In this document: positions 17,229 through 26,228 of the stretch, in pieces
Position numbering within the stretch: position 1 is the stretch's first letter
Layout: every line of letters begins with the position of its first letter
NCBI GenBank assembly: GCA_043775355.1
Contig: JAYVSL010000034.1
Coordinates: 2,749-66,748 of the forward strand
DNA from: Planctomycetota bacterium
GTDB lineage: Bacteria; Planctomycetota; UBA11346
Reading direction: 5' to 3'
DNA length: 64,000 bases
Made by a program: the position numbers and the translations under genes
The notes under the pieces: model-generated
The model's input: only the letters and a program-made list of their open reading frames with translations
What the model was told of the DNA's origin: nothing
Databases searched by the model: none

Positions 17229-17310
17229 ATTATGATTCCTTGCTCGTTTTGAGCGATAATGCCGCAGCGGATTGCGTTGGCGGTGAATAATTAGTGATGC
17301 ATGAGCATCC

Positions 17311-17484
17311 TCACGCCTTGAGATAATCGCACACCGCAGCATTGCAGAGGTCCATCGTCTGTCTGCTGAGTTTATCGCGTGGCGCTTTCGTTAGCAGCTC
17401 AATCGCAACCCATGCGCGATTCCATGGCGTAGGATCTTGCTTGTTCTTGCTCTTCGGTTTCGGTTTCTGTTTGGCCGTGGCCAT
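17311..17484 (-). CDS. Hypothetical small basic protein.
   Basis: MATAKQKPKPKSKNKQDPTPWNRAWVAIELLTKAP... A strong AAGGAGG SD lies 5 nt upstream. Confidence 0.35.
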   Translation of the reverse strand: MATAKQKPKPKSKNKQDPTPWNRAWVAIELLTKAPRDKLSRQTMDLCNAAVCDYLKA

Positions 17485-17546
17485 CGGTGCCTCCTTGTGG
17501 TTGGCGGTGAAGTTCCCCCGGTGTCGCCACCGGGGGCGGTTCGCCG

Positions 17547-18998
17547 TCAATCGTTCGGATCGCTATTCACCACGCCGCCGGGCGTATCGCCGGCAACGAA
17601 TTGATCTTGCTCACCGCGCAGCGCATCACCTGCGCCTGCGCTCTTTCCATCGGTCTCTTCGACCGGGGCCACCTGCGGCGCATCGACCACCAGCACGATG
17701 CCCTCGCGCTCAGGTCCAAGGACTCTGAGCCTCTTAGCTACACGCACCACGCGCCCGCAATCGTCACCACCGAGAGTGCGGTTGCGCTTCGCTTCTTCGC
17801 TCTGATCGAAGCCGGTCACGCACATACCGAACTCAGACTCACAGAGCTTTTGCCATTCAGCTTTGGTAAGCACGCGCTGAGCGAACCACCGACGGCGATC
17901 GGGTGAGGAATCGCGTATCAGCCATATGCAACCGCGAAACTCGAGCACATTCGGGCCGATTTGGTGCGGCTTCTCGGACGGGGCCAAGTCGCGCATCACG
18001 ATCCGCTCTAAATCCTCAGACAGATAGCCGTTGTCTGTTACAATCTGGTCATCTGGCAGCGTTGAATGGAACTGCGAGGGCGCTGGCTGCGATTCCGTGA
18101 CCCCTGTGTTAGTTGCTGGGGCGACTACCTCGACAACGGGTTGCGCTTGAGCCTCGGGGATCGTCGGCGCTGAGGCGAAAACCACCGGAGCCGGGCGGCC
18201 CTGGTCGTCCTCGTTGTCGTTATCCGGCTCGCGTAGATCTGGATGAACGGTCTGAGTGTCACCCGATGCATGCAGGAACAATTGCTCGTGTGCGGTGGCA
18301 AGCGCCGTCTTTTTACCAGCGAGAACCTCCTTGGCCGCCTCAACGTCCCTCGATGCCTTGGTGATGGCGTCCGTTAATTCTTTTTCCTCCGCTTGGCGCT
18401 CGTGAAATGCTTCGAGCTGATCACAAGCGGCATCAAGCTTGCGGCGAAGCCGCCGAATCTCCTCGTCCTTGGGGTCGGAGATGCGAGCGGGAACCTTACC
18501 GCCGCACGGCGCTGGATTCTCGCTGGCGATGGTCTCTGAGCCGGTGCCTTCCACTGGCGCAACAGGGACACTCACCACGGCACTGAAATCTCCACCGGGT
18601 ACGGCAGGGTCGAATCCAACCACGGGATCAGCCAGCTTATTTGCCGCCGCTTCGTTTCCTGCGAGACAGTCAGCAATGCTCTTGCCCTCAGCCGGCGGCA
18701 AGCCGACTAAGTCCCAATTGCTGGGCAATCCTGCATTCGACACTTGGTGGAAACGCGGGTCCGCGTTCATCTGACGATTGAGTGCCATGATGCCCTCGCC
18801 GTCGGCGTGTTCGTACCCGTAAACCTGCGCCAAAATTTGTACGGCTGACAAAGCCCCGCCCTTGAGGTGTTCCGCTACCGGGTCCAGGTACGAGTCGGGC
18901 TTGCGAGTGTCAACGGGCGGTGAGTCCGTGGAGATGTCCGCAACGCTTTCAGGCGTGAGCGTCTCCGGCTCGGTTGGGGTGGTAGATGCTACTTCCAT
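17547..18998 (-). CDS. Large hypothetical phage early protein. Disordered N-terminal half. Possible replication or antirepressor function.
   Basis: 483-aa ORF with a Pro/Ala/Glu-rich N-terminus and a structured C-terminal ~150 aa. No motif recognised. Confidence 0.3.
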   Translation of the reverse strand: MEVASTTPTEPETLTPESVADISTDSPPVDTRKPDSYLDPVAEHLKGGALSAVQILAQVYGYEHADGEGIMALNRQMNADPRFHQVSNAGLPSNWDLVGLPPAEGKSIADCLAGNEAAANKLADPVVGFDPAVPGGDFSAVVSVPVAPVEGTGSETIASENPAPCGGKVPARISDPKDEEIRRLRRKLDAACDQLEAFHERQAEEKELTDAITKASRDVEAAKEVLAGKKTALATAHEQLFLHASGDTQTVHPDLREPDNDNEDDQGRPAPVVFASAPTIPEAQAQPVVEVVAPATNTGVTESQPAPSQFHSTLPDDQIVTDNGYLSEDLERIVMRDLAPSEKPHQIGPNVLEFRGCIWLIRDSSPDRRRWFAQRVLTKAEWQKLCESEFGMCVTGFDQSEEAKRNRTLGGDDCGRVVRVAKRLRVLGPEREGIVLVVDAPQVAPVEETDGKSAGAGDALRGEQDQFVAGDTPGGVVNSDPND

Positions 18999-19060
18999 GC
19001 TAACTCCTTGGGATTATTTCCCGTATGGGACTGGTGTATAAATTGGGGCAGAAAACTGTG

Positions 19061-19585
19061 TCAAACCGGGATCATTCGTTTGGCGAGTCCTGGCGGCGAG
19101 ACCTCACACGCTCGGCATTCATTTTGCCCCAACGAAGAGTGAGGACCAAAGCCACAAGCGCGCAGCTTGCGCCAGGACAATAGGCACACCCCGTGAGGTC
19201 CGACCCATGCGAGGAATGCCCACGCACCTGCTGCGACATAGGCATCAAGCCGCTTCGGTTGATGTGATCGCAAGTCCGACCATTTGAAGCGCCGATCGCC
19301 TTCCGCGTTCTCGCGCCCCTGGTGAGACTTCACCTCACACAGGCCGCCGCGTCCGTCCCACGGGGCAAGAAACGTCCAGTCACCAGCAACCTTCCGCACG
19401 TGGTTGCCGAATCGATCGCGCCCGGTCTCGACCTTGGCGACCTCAACGAATCCGAATGCACACAGCCGGTTGCCGATGGTCTTCTCGGCATCGTCGGCGC
19501 GTTCCTGTTGGATTCGCTTTTGACGGCGGCGAGTGACCTGTGCGTCTAGGCGCGCGAGGTCGGCGGGATTGATGCGTAGGTTCAT
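19061..19585 (-). CDS. Putative PD-(D/E)XK nuclease (VRR-NUC or resolvase-like).
   Basis: WDGRGGLCEVKSHQG resembles a D...E-V-K catalytic motif. Trimmed to MNLRINPADL, with ATGA coupling. Confidence 0.3.
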   Translation of the reverse strand: MNLRINPADLARLDAQVTRRRQKRIQQERADDAEKTIGNRLCAFGFVEVAKVETGRDRFGNHVRKVAGDWTFLAPWDGRGGLCEVKSHQGRENAEGDRRFKWSDLRSHQPKRLDAYVAAGAWAFLAWVGPHGVCLLSWRKLRACGFGPHSSLGQNECRACEVSPPGLAKRMIPV

Positions 19586-19956
19586 GAATTTTCCTGACCA
19601 TCTGGTGTCAGCACAGAGAAGCACGCCGCAGGGTCACGTCCAAGAGCACGCAAGCCGCGCTCGGTAATGTGATAAACCGTGCAGAATTTGCCGCTCTCGG
19701 GGTTCATGCGGCGCTCCCCTGCGCTGCTACTAATCAATCGCCGCTCGTAGGCCTCCAAGTCGCCACGCCGTGCCCGTAACGCATTGTCGTGAATGTCTGG
19801 CAGCCCCGCCTTCAACTCAAAATCAGCAGCACCAGCGGCGCCACGGTTTGCGATAAACTCGGCAATCGACCGGCGATCACGGACGATCTTGCGCTGACTA
19901 AGCGTCTGCGCGGCGGCTTTGCTAGTTGTGCGGTTGCTGTAGGGAGCGGAAATCAT
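19582..19956 (-). CDS. Putative winged-helix DNA-binding protein.
   Basis: C-terminus GKFCTVYHITERGLRALG is HTH-like. Confidence 0.25.
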   Translation of the reverse strand: MISAPYSNRTTSKAAAQTLSQRKIVRDRRSIAEFIANRGAAGAADFELKAGLPDIHDNALRARRGDLEAYERRLISSSAGERRMNPESGKFCTVYHITERGLRALGRDPAACFSVLTPDGQENS

Positions 19957-20306
19957 GGCTGCCCCCGAGCGCCATTGCGCGCAGCAATATCGACCACGAC
20001 ATCTAGGAGGCGGTCGTGGACGTGCCTCATGTGCTGCAAATGGCTCTGGACCGCCGCGAGCTGTCCAGCGCTACCGGTGCCCTCGCTCGGGCGGATGCCT
20101 GCGCGCCAGAGGTCATCCATCAGCAATTGTGCCTCAGGCCCCCGGAGGGTAACCATAGGCCGGTGCGTCACGGCCTCGCACGGCTCCACCTTCCGCATGA
20201 CCACGGGCTCCGACACAGCACGGACGAGATCGCCATCTATCTCCATCAGCACAAACTCGACAACGTGAGCCCATGGAGATTTTTCAGCACGAAGAACGAT
20301 GCTCAT
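19953..20306 (-). CDS. Hypothetical protein.
   Basis: 117 aa. Coupled to its neighbour. Confidence 0.25.
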   Translation of the reverse strand: MSIVLRAEKSPWAHVVEFVLMEIDGDLVRAVSEPVVMRKVEPCEAVTHRPMVTLRGPEAQLLMDDLWRAGIRPSEGTGSAGQLAAVQSHLQHMRHVHDRLLDVVVDIAARNGARGQP

Positions 20307-20414
20307 AGGTCTTCCTTTCCCAGGATGGCGTCAGCGATTTCGAAAAAGCCGTGCCGATGAAGTGAAATAACTCACCCACCAGCACGGAAGGAATTGCGCA
20401 GGCTTGGCGTATGG

Positions 20415-20630
20415 TCATGGCGTCACCGGCTTCAAATCGTGCAGTGCTTGCAGTGCAGCCACTACGCGATTGCGCGCCGCGTAATAACTCGGGGCGCCGC
20501 GTTTGGCGCGCGCCTTCTCGACGAACTCGGCCACCATCGCCGGGTTTACTTTCGCTAAACAGGAATCGCACGCGAGGTGCGAGGGGCGGGCCTTGGGCTT
20601 GCCACATCGGCAGTCGTTACAGGCGCTCAT
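20415..20630 (-). CDS. Small zinc-finger protein.
   Basis: MSACNDCRCGKPKARPSHLACDSCLAKV has two CxxC pairs. Confidence 0.3.
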   Translation of the reverse strand: MSACNDCRCGKPKARPSHLACDSCLAKVNPAMVAEFVEKARAKRGAPSYYAARNRVVAALQALHDLKPVTP

Positions 20631-20857
20631 GGATTCTTGCCAAACAAGCGGCGATGCACAGCGCGACCGCGAAGGGCAGCGGCCTGGAGCACGCGGGCGA
20701 AGTCTAGCGCCCGTGCATCGCACATTTGCGCAGGCATCACTGACGGCGGAACGATAGACACCTGTCCGCGCGTGACGTGAATTTCAAACACGTGTCCTCC
20801 CCATACGCGTGAGGAGACCTGGACAGTGGCCGATGTCGTATAGAGAAGGCGTCTCAT
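20627..20857 (-). CDS. Hypothetical protein.
   Basis: 76 aa after trimming. ATGA coupling on both sides. Confidence 0.2.
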   Translation of the reverse strand: MRRLLYTTSATVQVSSRVWGGHVFEIHVTRGQVSIVPPSVMPAQMCDARALDFARVLQAAALRGRAVHRRLFGKNP

Positions 20858-21771
20858 TGCTGAGCCTCCGCATCTTTCGCCGCTTCTTGCTCGCGCCAAA
20901 TCTTGGCGAGTTCATCAGCCGAGCGCACGAACGCCTTAGCGAGCGCGGCATCGTCGGCTAAGTTGATGCGGTCGGCGGGCTGTGCGCCGAACAACGCGAA
21001 AGTTTCTTGAGCTTCCATAATTTTCTCCCGTGCCGCGCGGCACAACGGCAGCGCTCGACAGTAGCGACACGCTTTGGTTGATGGGGTAAGGCTTGCCCGC
21101 TCGCTCTTGCAGCGGGAAGCGATGCGGCGAACTCGCTCGCCTGCCGCAATGAGCGCCTCGGGGTCGTAAAAAGCTGAGGAAAATTCGCAGCGCCGACCCA
21201 TCGCAAGGTGGACCTCGACGCCTTCGGACGGCAGCCAGCGATGCGCAGCAAGTACGCCGTAAGCCATCAACTGGACATGGTCCGCAGCCTCACCCTGTGA
21301 CAGCCAGCCGGTCTTGTGGTCAATCACGATCACGCGCACAACTCGATCGCCGCGACTAATCACTAAGACGAAGTCAGCGGTGCCGCCACGAACCAAACCA
21401 AACGCTTGCCCATCAAGGTGCACCTCGGCGATGCACTCGACCCGCCCCTTGTCAGTCCACGCGCGCACCACGCCAAAAGCATAAGCAACGCATCTGCGCA
21501 CGGCGTCCTGACACCACGGCTCAAGGTCACCCATGCGTTGTTCCATGCTGGCGACCGCACGCGAAGCACCGGACCAGTTGCCCCATAGTGCATCCGTCAA
21601 AACACTGGCGATCACCTCATGCCCAAGCGTGCCTTGTCGCGCAACATCGCTGGTCACGTGCTGCAATGCTGGAATAAGCGCACAGGCGCGGGCCTCCATC
21701 GTGGGACGGCCAGGGCAAAGCTCGTCAGCCTCCAGCGAGGAGGGGCGGATAAATTCGTCCACGTTGATCAC
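20854..21771 (-). CDS. Cas4-like PD-(D/E)XK exonuclease (DUF2800 family) with a Cys4 Fe-S cluster.
   Basis: VIVIDHKTG core motif. N-terminal Cys (ELCPGRP) plus C-terminal CRYCRALPLC, as in Cas4/AddB-type nucleases. Sits in a phage recombination module. Confidence 0.55.
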   Translation of the reverse strand: MINVDEFIRPSSLEADELCPGRPTMEARACALIPALQHVTSDVARQGTLGHEVIASVLTDALWGNWSGASRAVASMEQRMGDLEPWCQDAVRRCVAYAFGVVRAWTDKGRVECIAEVHLDGQAFGLVRGGTADFVLVISRGDRVVRVIVIDHKTGWLSQGEAADHVQLMAYGVLAAHRWLPSEGVEVHLAMGRRCEFSSAFYDPEALIAAGERVRRIASRCKSERASLTPSTKACRYCRALPLCRAAREKIMEAQETFALFGAQPADRINLADDAALAKAFVRSADELAKIWREQEAAKDAEAQQ

Positions 21772-22574
21772 GACCGCGCACCATTAGAGCCAGCGACTTC
21801 ATAGGATTCTTGGCGAGCGCCTGGAACCGCACAGCCGGCTTTCATCAACTCGGCCACGGCCTTTTCGTCCAACGTCAACACCGGGCGACCGAACAACGAG
21901 CCGCCAGTCTTGCACGCCTCAGCAATGATCTTTGCAGGGTCATCGATTACGCAGCGCGTGCGTGTGGTGGCGCGAACCGCCGAGCGCGGGAGCGCCGAAA
22001 CCATCGACACTAAGGCAACCCGAGCGATCGGAACCACCGGCAACGGAGCGGGAGCAACCGGCGCTGGTGCGGGAGTCGTCACCTCACCAAAAAGCGCCGC
22101 TTCCTCCTGGCGCACGCGTTCGGCCTCATCCGCTACGGCCTGCTGCTCTTTGCGCACGAGCTCCTGCTCCTCGCGCTGTTTGCGTGCTGCGGCTTCCGCT
22201 TCTTCTCGTTGTTTTTTTGCCTCTTCCTCGACCTTGCGGCGGTACTCTTCGCGGAACGCCAGAACCTTGCGGGCGACCTCCTGCCGCAGGGTCAGCAACG
22301 GAGCGGTTGCCTGTTTCTCCGTATCCATCAACTGTTCTTTGAGTGCGTCGAGTTGACGCGTCAAAATCAAACGGCCCTCCTTCACGTCCTTCGTGAATCC
22401 ATCGACCTGGACAAACAGGGATTCCGCATTGGCGAGGCTAGCAACGTCCGTGATCACCACTGCACGGGCGAGCCCTGCGAGTTCGTCCCGCTTCGCTACC
22501 AGCTCGACAGATAGCGCGATCAACTGAGCAGGTAGTGGATTGGTGAGGATGACGGCGGTAGTCGTGGCGCTCAT
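21768..22574 (-). CDS. Coiled-coil hypothetical protein of the recombination module.
   Basis: Glu/Arg/Lys-rich central coiled coil. Lies between the nuclease and the annealing-like protein. Confidence 0.25.
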   Translation of the reverse strand: MSATTTAVILTNPLPAQLIALSVELVAKRDELAGLARAVVITDVASLANAESLFVQVDGFTKDVKEGRLILTRQLDALKEQLMDTEKQATAPLLTLRQEVARKVLAFREEYRRKVEEEAKKQREEAEAAARKQREEQELVRKEQQAVADEAERVRQEEAALFGEVTTPAPAPVAPAPLPVVPIARVALVSMVSALPRSAVRATTRTRCVIDDPAKIIAEACKTGGSLFGRPVLTLDEKAVAELMKAGCAVPGARQESYEVAGSNGARS

Positions 22575-23668
22575 GGCTTCACCTCCGTCAATTCTTTGGC
22601 TGCCTGTTCCCACATGCTCAGAAGGTCCTCGATGCGTCCCGCGTCACCTTTCGCCGCGTCAAGTTGAGCCACGTCATTAGCAAACTGATCCAACTTGTTG
22701 ACGGGGACATCCTTTGGTGCCACGACGCCAGCGAGCGAGCACAGACGGCTGATAACCTTGGACCCGGCGTCCTTGCCCAGGGAGGTGTAAAGTTTGCGCG
22801 CGGCTTCGATCGCGGGATGTGCCGGCGCCTTGGGTTCTGGTTTCTTAGTCGCGGAAGCGCTCGCTGGTGGCGTGGCCTGTTCGGCCTTCGATGGCTCAAC
22901 CGTGCGCGCTGCCGTGGGATCAGACTGAACCATCTCGGCGTCTCGCGCATTTGCCGCGTCAAGATGATCCTCGATCTCGTCCAGGTCTTGCGAAAAACAG
23001 TCAGACGCGGCGGTGGCGGTCAGGACCGCGTCAACCATCGCGCGCTTTTTCGCCATCTTCAAAATGGTGTTGTACTGGTCCGCAGGGTCCGGATTCTCTG
23101 CCCTCGCGGTGGGAATGGCGTCTAACTTCTTGGCCTCGGGCGTGCCTCCTTTCCATTTCTCATTGCACCCTCCGGCCTTCGGGTCGCACCAGTAACCGCC
23201 GCCATATTCTTTCTTCGACGGACGCGCCGCCAGCGTGCCACAGGATGGGCAGGGCTTGCCCGCCGCGCCACGGTAGCGGTATTTTTGCTCCAGCGTAGAC
23301 GCGCTACCAACTCCCTGACCACGCATGTTGCCGGCACGGTCGTAGAGGTCGCATGTGATCATGTACTCCCGGTGACCGTTCGGGTGATCATCTCGTTGAA
23401 TCTGCAGACGCGGCGAAAGACCAAAAACAAAACACAGCTTTTCCGCGCCGCTCTTGAGGAGCGTTCGCTTGCTGATGTCATGGCCGTTCTTATCGGTGCG
23501 CTCGGTGCCGGGAATGACACCGTAATGCTCATTTTCTTTCATCACATCGCGCATGACCTGCTGCACGAGCTGTGCAGCGCGAAGCACTTCTTGAGGAGTT
23601 GAAGCGTATGCTGTCAGCGGCGCCACATGGGACACTGTGACGGCATGGGATTCCTGGGGTAAATTCAT
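22571..23668 (-). CDS. Putative phage ssDNA-annealing or recombination protein with an inserted zinc ribbon. Family uncertain.
   Basis: Trimmed to MNLPQESH. Contains ...CPSCG...C..KAGGC zinc ribbon and KMAKKRAMVDAVL motif. Adjacent to the Cas4-like exonuclease, as in SSAP/exonuclease pairs. Confidence 0.3.
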   Translation of the reverse strand: MNLPQESHAVTVSHVAPLTAYASTPQEVLRAAQLVQQVMRDVMKENEHYGVIPGTERTDKNGHDISKRTLLKSGAEKLCFVFGLSPRLQIQRDDHPNGHREYMITCDLYDRAGNMRGQGVGSASTLEQKYRYRGAAGKPCPSCGTLAARPSKKEYGGGYWCDPKAGGCNEKWKGGTPEAKKLDAIPTARAENPDPADQYNTILKMAKKRAMVDAVLTATAASDCFSQDLDEIEDHLDAANARDAEMVQSDPTAARTVEPSKAEQATPPASASATKKPEPKAPAHPAIEAARKLYTSLGKDAGSKVISRLCSLAGVVAPKDVPVNKLDQFANDVAQLDAAKGDAGRIEDLLSMWEQAAKELTEVKP

Positions 23669-23702
23669 TAGAAACCTTTCGGGTGTTTGGGTTGTTGCCG
23701 AA

Positions 23703-23975
23703 TCAGTCGGCAGACTGGACGCGCTCAAGCGCAATCGATCCATCCTGTGCGCGAATCGCGATGAGCAAAAGACTGCGATAGTCTTTGGTTTTCTCGTCCC
23801 ATTTCGCATCGGTAACGAAAAGGCGCTGGCCAATATCCATCTGGCCCTTGAGTTCGACCAGTAGCTCATCGCGCTTGGTATTTCGCTCCGTGATTTCCTG
23901 GTCAATCGCTTGCAGGTCTCGCAGGATGCTGCTCAACTTGCGGGCCTTGGGTTTTTTTTCGTGGGCGGATTCCAT
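23703..23975 (-). CDS. Small coiled-coil protein.
   Basis: MESAHEKKPKARKLSSILRDLQAIDQEITERNTKRDELL... Confidence 0.3.
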   Translation of the reverse strand: MESAHEKKPKARKLSSILRDLQAIDQEITERNTKRDELLVELKGQMDIGQRLFVTDAKWDEKTKDYRSLLLIAIRAQDGSIALERVQSAD

Positions 23976-24009
23976 GTGGTGCCTTTCGGGGGTTGGGAGT
24001 TGGAAGGAT

Positions 24010-24684
24010 TTAGAGACCAGCGACGGAAAAAACGCGGGCGGCGTAGTCGCGGGCATATCTGCGGTGACGACCAGCAATCCCGGCGTGGTAAGCGGCGACG
24101 GCCTGCGACCACGAACCGGTTGCGTCATGGAGGCGCGAGAGCCACTGACGAACAAGCGACTCAGCAAAGACTGTGTCCGAGTGAACGCGCGAGCGGCGAT
24201 CATAGGCGCGTAAGTCGCGCAGGACGGCAGGCGATAGTTGCCAGGGCGACACTTCGCCAATGTTTCCGCGTGACCAAACGCCGCGCACGTCACCAGTGCC
24301 GCGCCACGTAGTGCCGGTCTCAATTTCGGCAATCGCGGCAATGATCTGATTCGGAACTTCGACGCTGTGCGCCATCTTGAGGCAACCACCAACGGTCAAC
24401 AGCAACGCGACCAAGAACCAGGCGCCGCCAGCGACACGACCGCAAAAACTCGCGGCGAATGCGTCACTAATGAAGTAAAGCCAGAGACGCCACGAGGGGC
24501 CGTAACGCTTAGCGAGGTAGCGATGGCGAGCCGCCTCAAACTTACGAATGCGATCAAGCGCCTCGTTATCGGCTACCGTCTGATATGCTGTTTTGCAGTC
24601 AGCGCAGACGGTCGCGGGAACGTAGACGGTATTATCGCAGCCGGTAACGATGCACGCGCGGGCATACGCTTCCTCGCTCGTCAT
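24010..24684 (-). CDS. Membrane-anchored lytic transglycosylase (zinc ribbon, then TM, then SLT domain).
   Basis: N-terminal CIVTGCDNT...CADC zinc ribbon, hydrophobic TM segment, then AIAEIETGTTWRGTGDVRGVWSRGNIGEVSPWQL, which is an SLT catalytic region with Glu. Confidence 0.45.
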   Translation of the reverse strand: MTSEEAYARACIVTGCDNTVYVPATVCADCKTAYQTVADNEALDRIRKFEAARHRYLAKRYGPSWRLWLYFISDAFAASFCGRVAGGAWFLVALLLTVGGCLKMAHSVEVPNQIIAAIAEIETGTTWRGTGDVRGVWSRGNIGEVSPWQLSPAVLRDLRAYDRRSRVHSDTVFAESLVRQWLSRLHDATGSWSQAVAAYHAGIAGRHRRYARDYAARVFSVAGL

Positions 24685-24751
24685 CTGGATGTCTGGCGAC
24701 TTGTGACCGACTGACGCGAGTTTTTCAGAGAGAGAGATTGCAGGGTTTCGC

Positions 24752-25051
24752 TCATGCGTCACCGCCAAGGGCGCAGATACACCTGGATAGTTCTTCTCTG
24801 TCTTCGGGGCACTCGGTATCGCGTTGCCACGCCTTGAGCAATTGCAGAGTGTCAGCGATTGCCTGCTCCGGGTCTTTGATCCCCTCACACGCGTTTACGC
24901 ACTTAACAGACCGCGCGATGTTCGCTCTGTCCTGGTAATAGCTTGCAGAATTACCGCATAGAATCCCCTCCGTGCGGGCAGCATTGCATGCCATGTGATT
25001 ATTGCTTGGGTCGATAATCCACGGGGTCGGGGTATGGTTGTCAGTGTCCAT
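24752..25051 (-). CDS. Hypothetical Cys-rich protein.
   Basis: 99 aa. Confidence 0.2.
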   Translation of the reverse strand: MDTDNHTPTPWIIDPSNNHMACNAARTEGILCGNSASYYQDRANIARSVKCVNACEGIKDPEQAIADTLQLLKAWQRDTECPEDREELSRCICALGGDA

Positions 25052-25084
25052 TTTTTCCTTTGATTCGTTTTGGTTTGTTTCGGC

Positions 25085-25273
25085 TCAAGTCGCACAGGCG
25101 ACTAAGTCGTCAGGTTCGGGGCGGGGTGGAGGGTTGAGAGCGCGGGCAAGCCAGAGGCGATTGATCGCAAGTTCGATGAGGAGGGCGCCAGCCTTCTCGA
25201 TCGCGTCGAATTGCTCGGGCTCGGTCGGCTGGACCCACACGATGCGGCAACGAGTGCGGCGCTCTTGGGTCAC
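25085..25273 (-). CDS. Hypothetical small protein.
   Basis: 62 aa. Confidence 0.2.
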   Translation of the reverse strand: MTQERRTRCRIVWVQPTEPEQFDAIEKAGALLIELAINRLWLARALNPPPRPEPDDLVACAT

Positions 25274-25530
25274 GGGGTCACGGGGGCCGGGGCGGGTTCG
25301 GTGACGCCGATTGCGCGTAGGTAGTCACGACGCAGGCGTGAGTTTTTCGGGAGGTGCTCGCTGCCGGGCTTCTCCCACAGGTACACGGTTACTTCGCCGC
25401 ATCCGAGACGGGCGGCGAGTTTCTTTGCTCCGGTTAGGCCGGGGTACTTGCGGGCGCGGGCGGTGGCACGGGCGGTGGTGTACACTATTGAGTGTACACG
25501 AGGGCCATGGGTAGGGGTTATTTTGGTCAT
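25270..25530 (-). CDS. Cro-like HTH regulator (first gene of the early leftward operon). Start uncertain.
   Basis: LTGAKKLAARLGCGEVTVYLWEK helix-turn-helix. Divergent from the cI-like gene. Operator repeats overlap its 5' end. Confidence 0.45.
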   Translation of the reverse strand: MTKITPTHGPRVHSIVYTTARATARARKYPGLTGAKKLAARLGCGEVTVYLWEKPGSEHLPKNSRLRRDYLRAIGVTEPAPAPVTP

Positions 25531-25585
25531 GGGCGCGGAACATGTACACTTTTCAGTGTACGTCAAACAGTTTTGTGTACATGGA
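25478..25585. promoter_or_regulatory. Genetic-switch operator array. Five copies of the palindromic (G)TGTACA(C) site, with divergent promoters.
   Basis: GTGTACAC-n6-GTGTACAC at 25478..25499. TGTACAC-n6-GTGTACG at 25543..25562. GTGTACA at 25576..25582. All lie between the cro-like and cI-like genes. Confidence 0.5.
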
Positions 25586-25610
25586 CAAAAAACACGCTAA
25601 CGTCTAAGGT

Positions 25611-26036
25611 GTGGGACTGCCTTTTTCATTCGGGAAATTACTCCGCACGCACCTCGCAAGAACGGGGACGAGCCAGCGTGATTTCTCGGAAAAATGCGGG
25701 TTTTCCGTAGGTCTCTTGCAATACGTACTCAAGGACAAACGGACCCCACCACTCGATTGTTTGACACAGATGGCGACGGCCCTCGGACTGACCCCCGAAG
25801 AGTCCCGAGAGTTCCGAGAAGTCGCCCACCTCGCCCACGCTCCAGCCGAAGTCCGGTCACTGGTCAACCGCCTGCGGCTCGACGCCGCCAAAGATCGCGG
25901 TGAGTTGATCGATCTGCGCTCGCAAATCGCGACTCTCCGCAAGGAGATGGCCGACAACAAAACCGCATTCCGTGCGCTCCTTTCGGTTATTCGCGAGCGC
26001 GGCGTCAAGTTGCCGGATGGATTTGGCAATGTCTGA
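25611..26036 (+). CDS. XRE-family HTH repressor (cI-like, with no peptidase domain).
   Basis: LRTHLARTGTSQRDFSEKCGFSVGLLQYVLKDKRTP is an HTH_XRE signature. Position and orientation match the lysogeny module. Confidence 0.55.
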   Translation: MGLPFSFGKLLRTHLARTGTSQRDFSEKCGFSVGLLQYVLKDKRTPPLDCLTQMATALGLTPEESREFREVAHLAHAPAEVRSLVNRLRLDAAKDRGELIDLRSQIATLRKEMADNKTAFRALLSVIRERGVKLPDGFGNV

Positions 26037-26228
26037 CCATTCCGAAACAGCGCCGGGGATCTCCCCGGAGAGAGTGCCCAGGGAACTGGTGGGCACTGGA
26101 TCAGCCCGGCGCTTTGGCTGCCGGGAGGCCCGCGAGGGCTTAGACATGGGTCCGTATTACCCCATTACGTTCAATTCTGCAATGCCGACTTTTAGACGTT
26201 CGTCCAACCACCGAGAGAATGTTTCACC

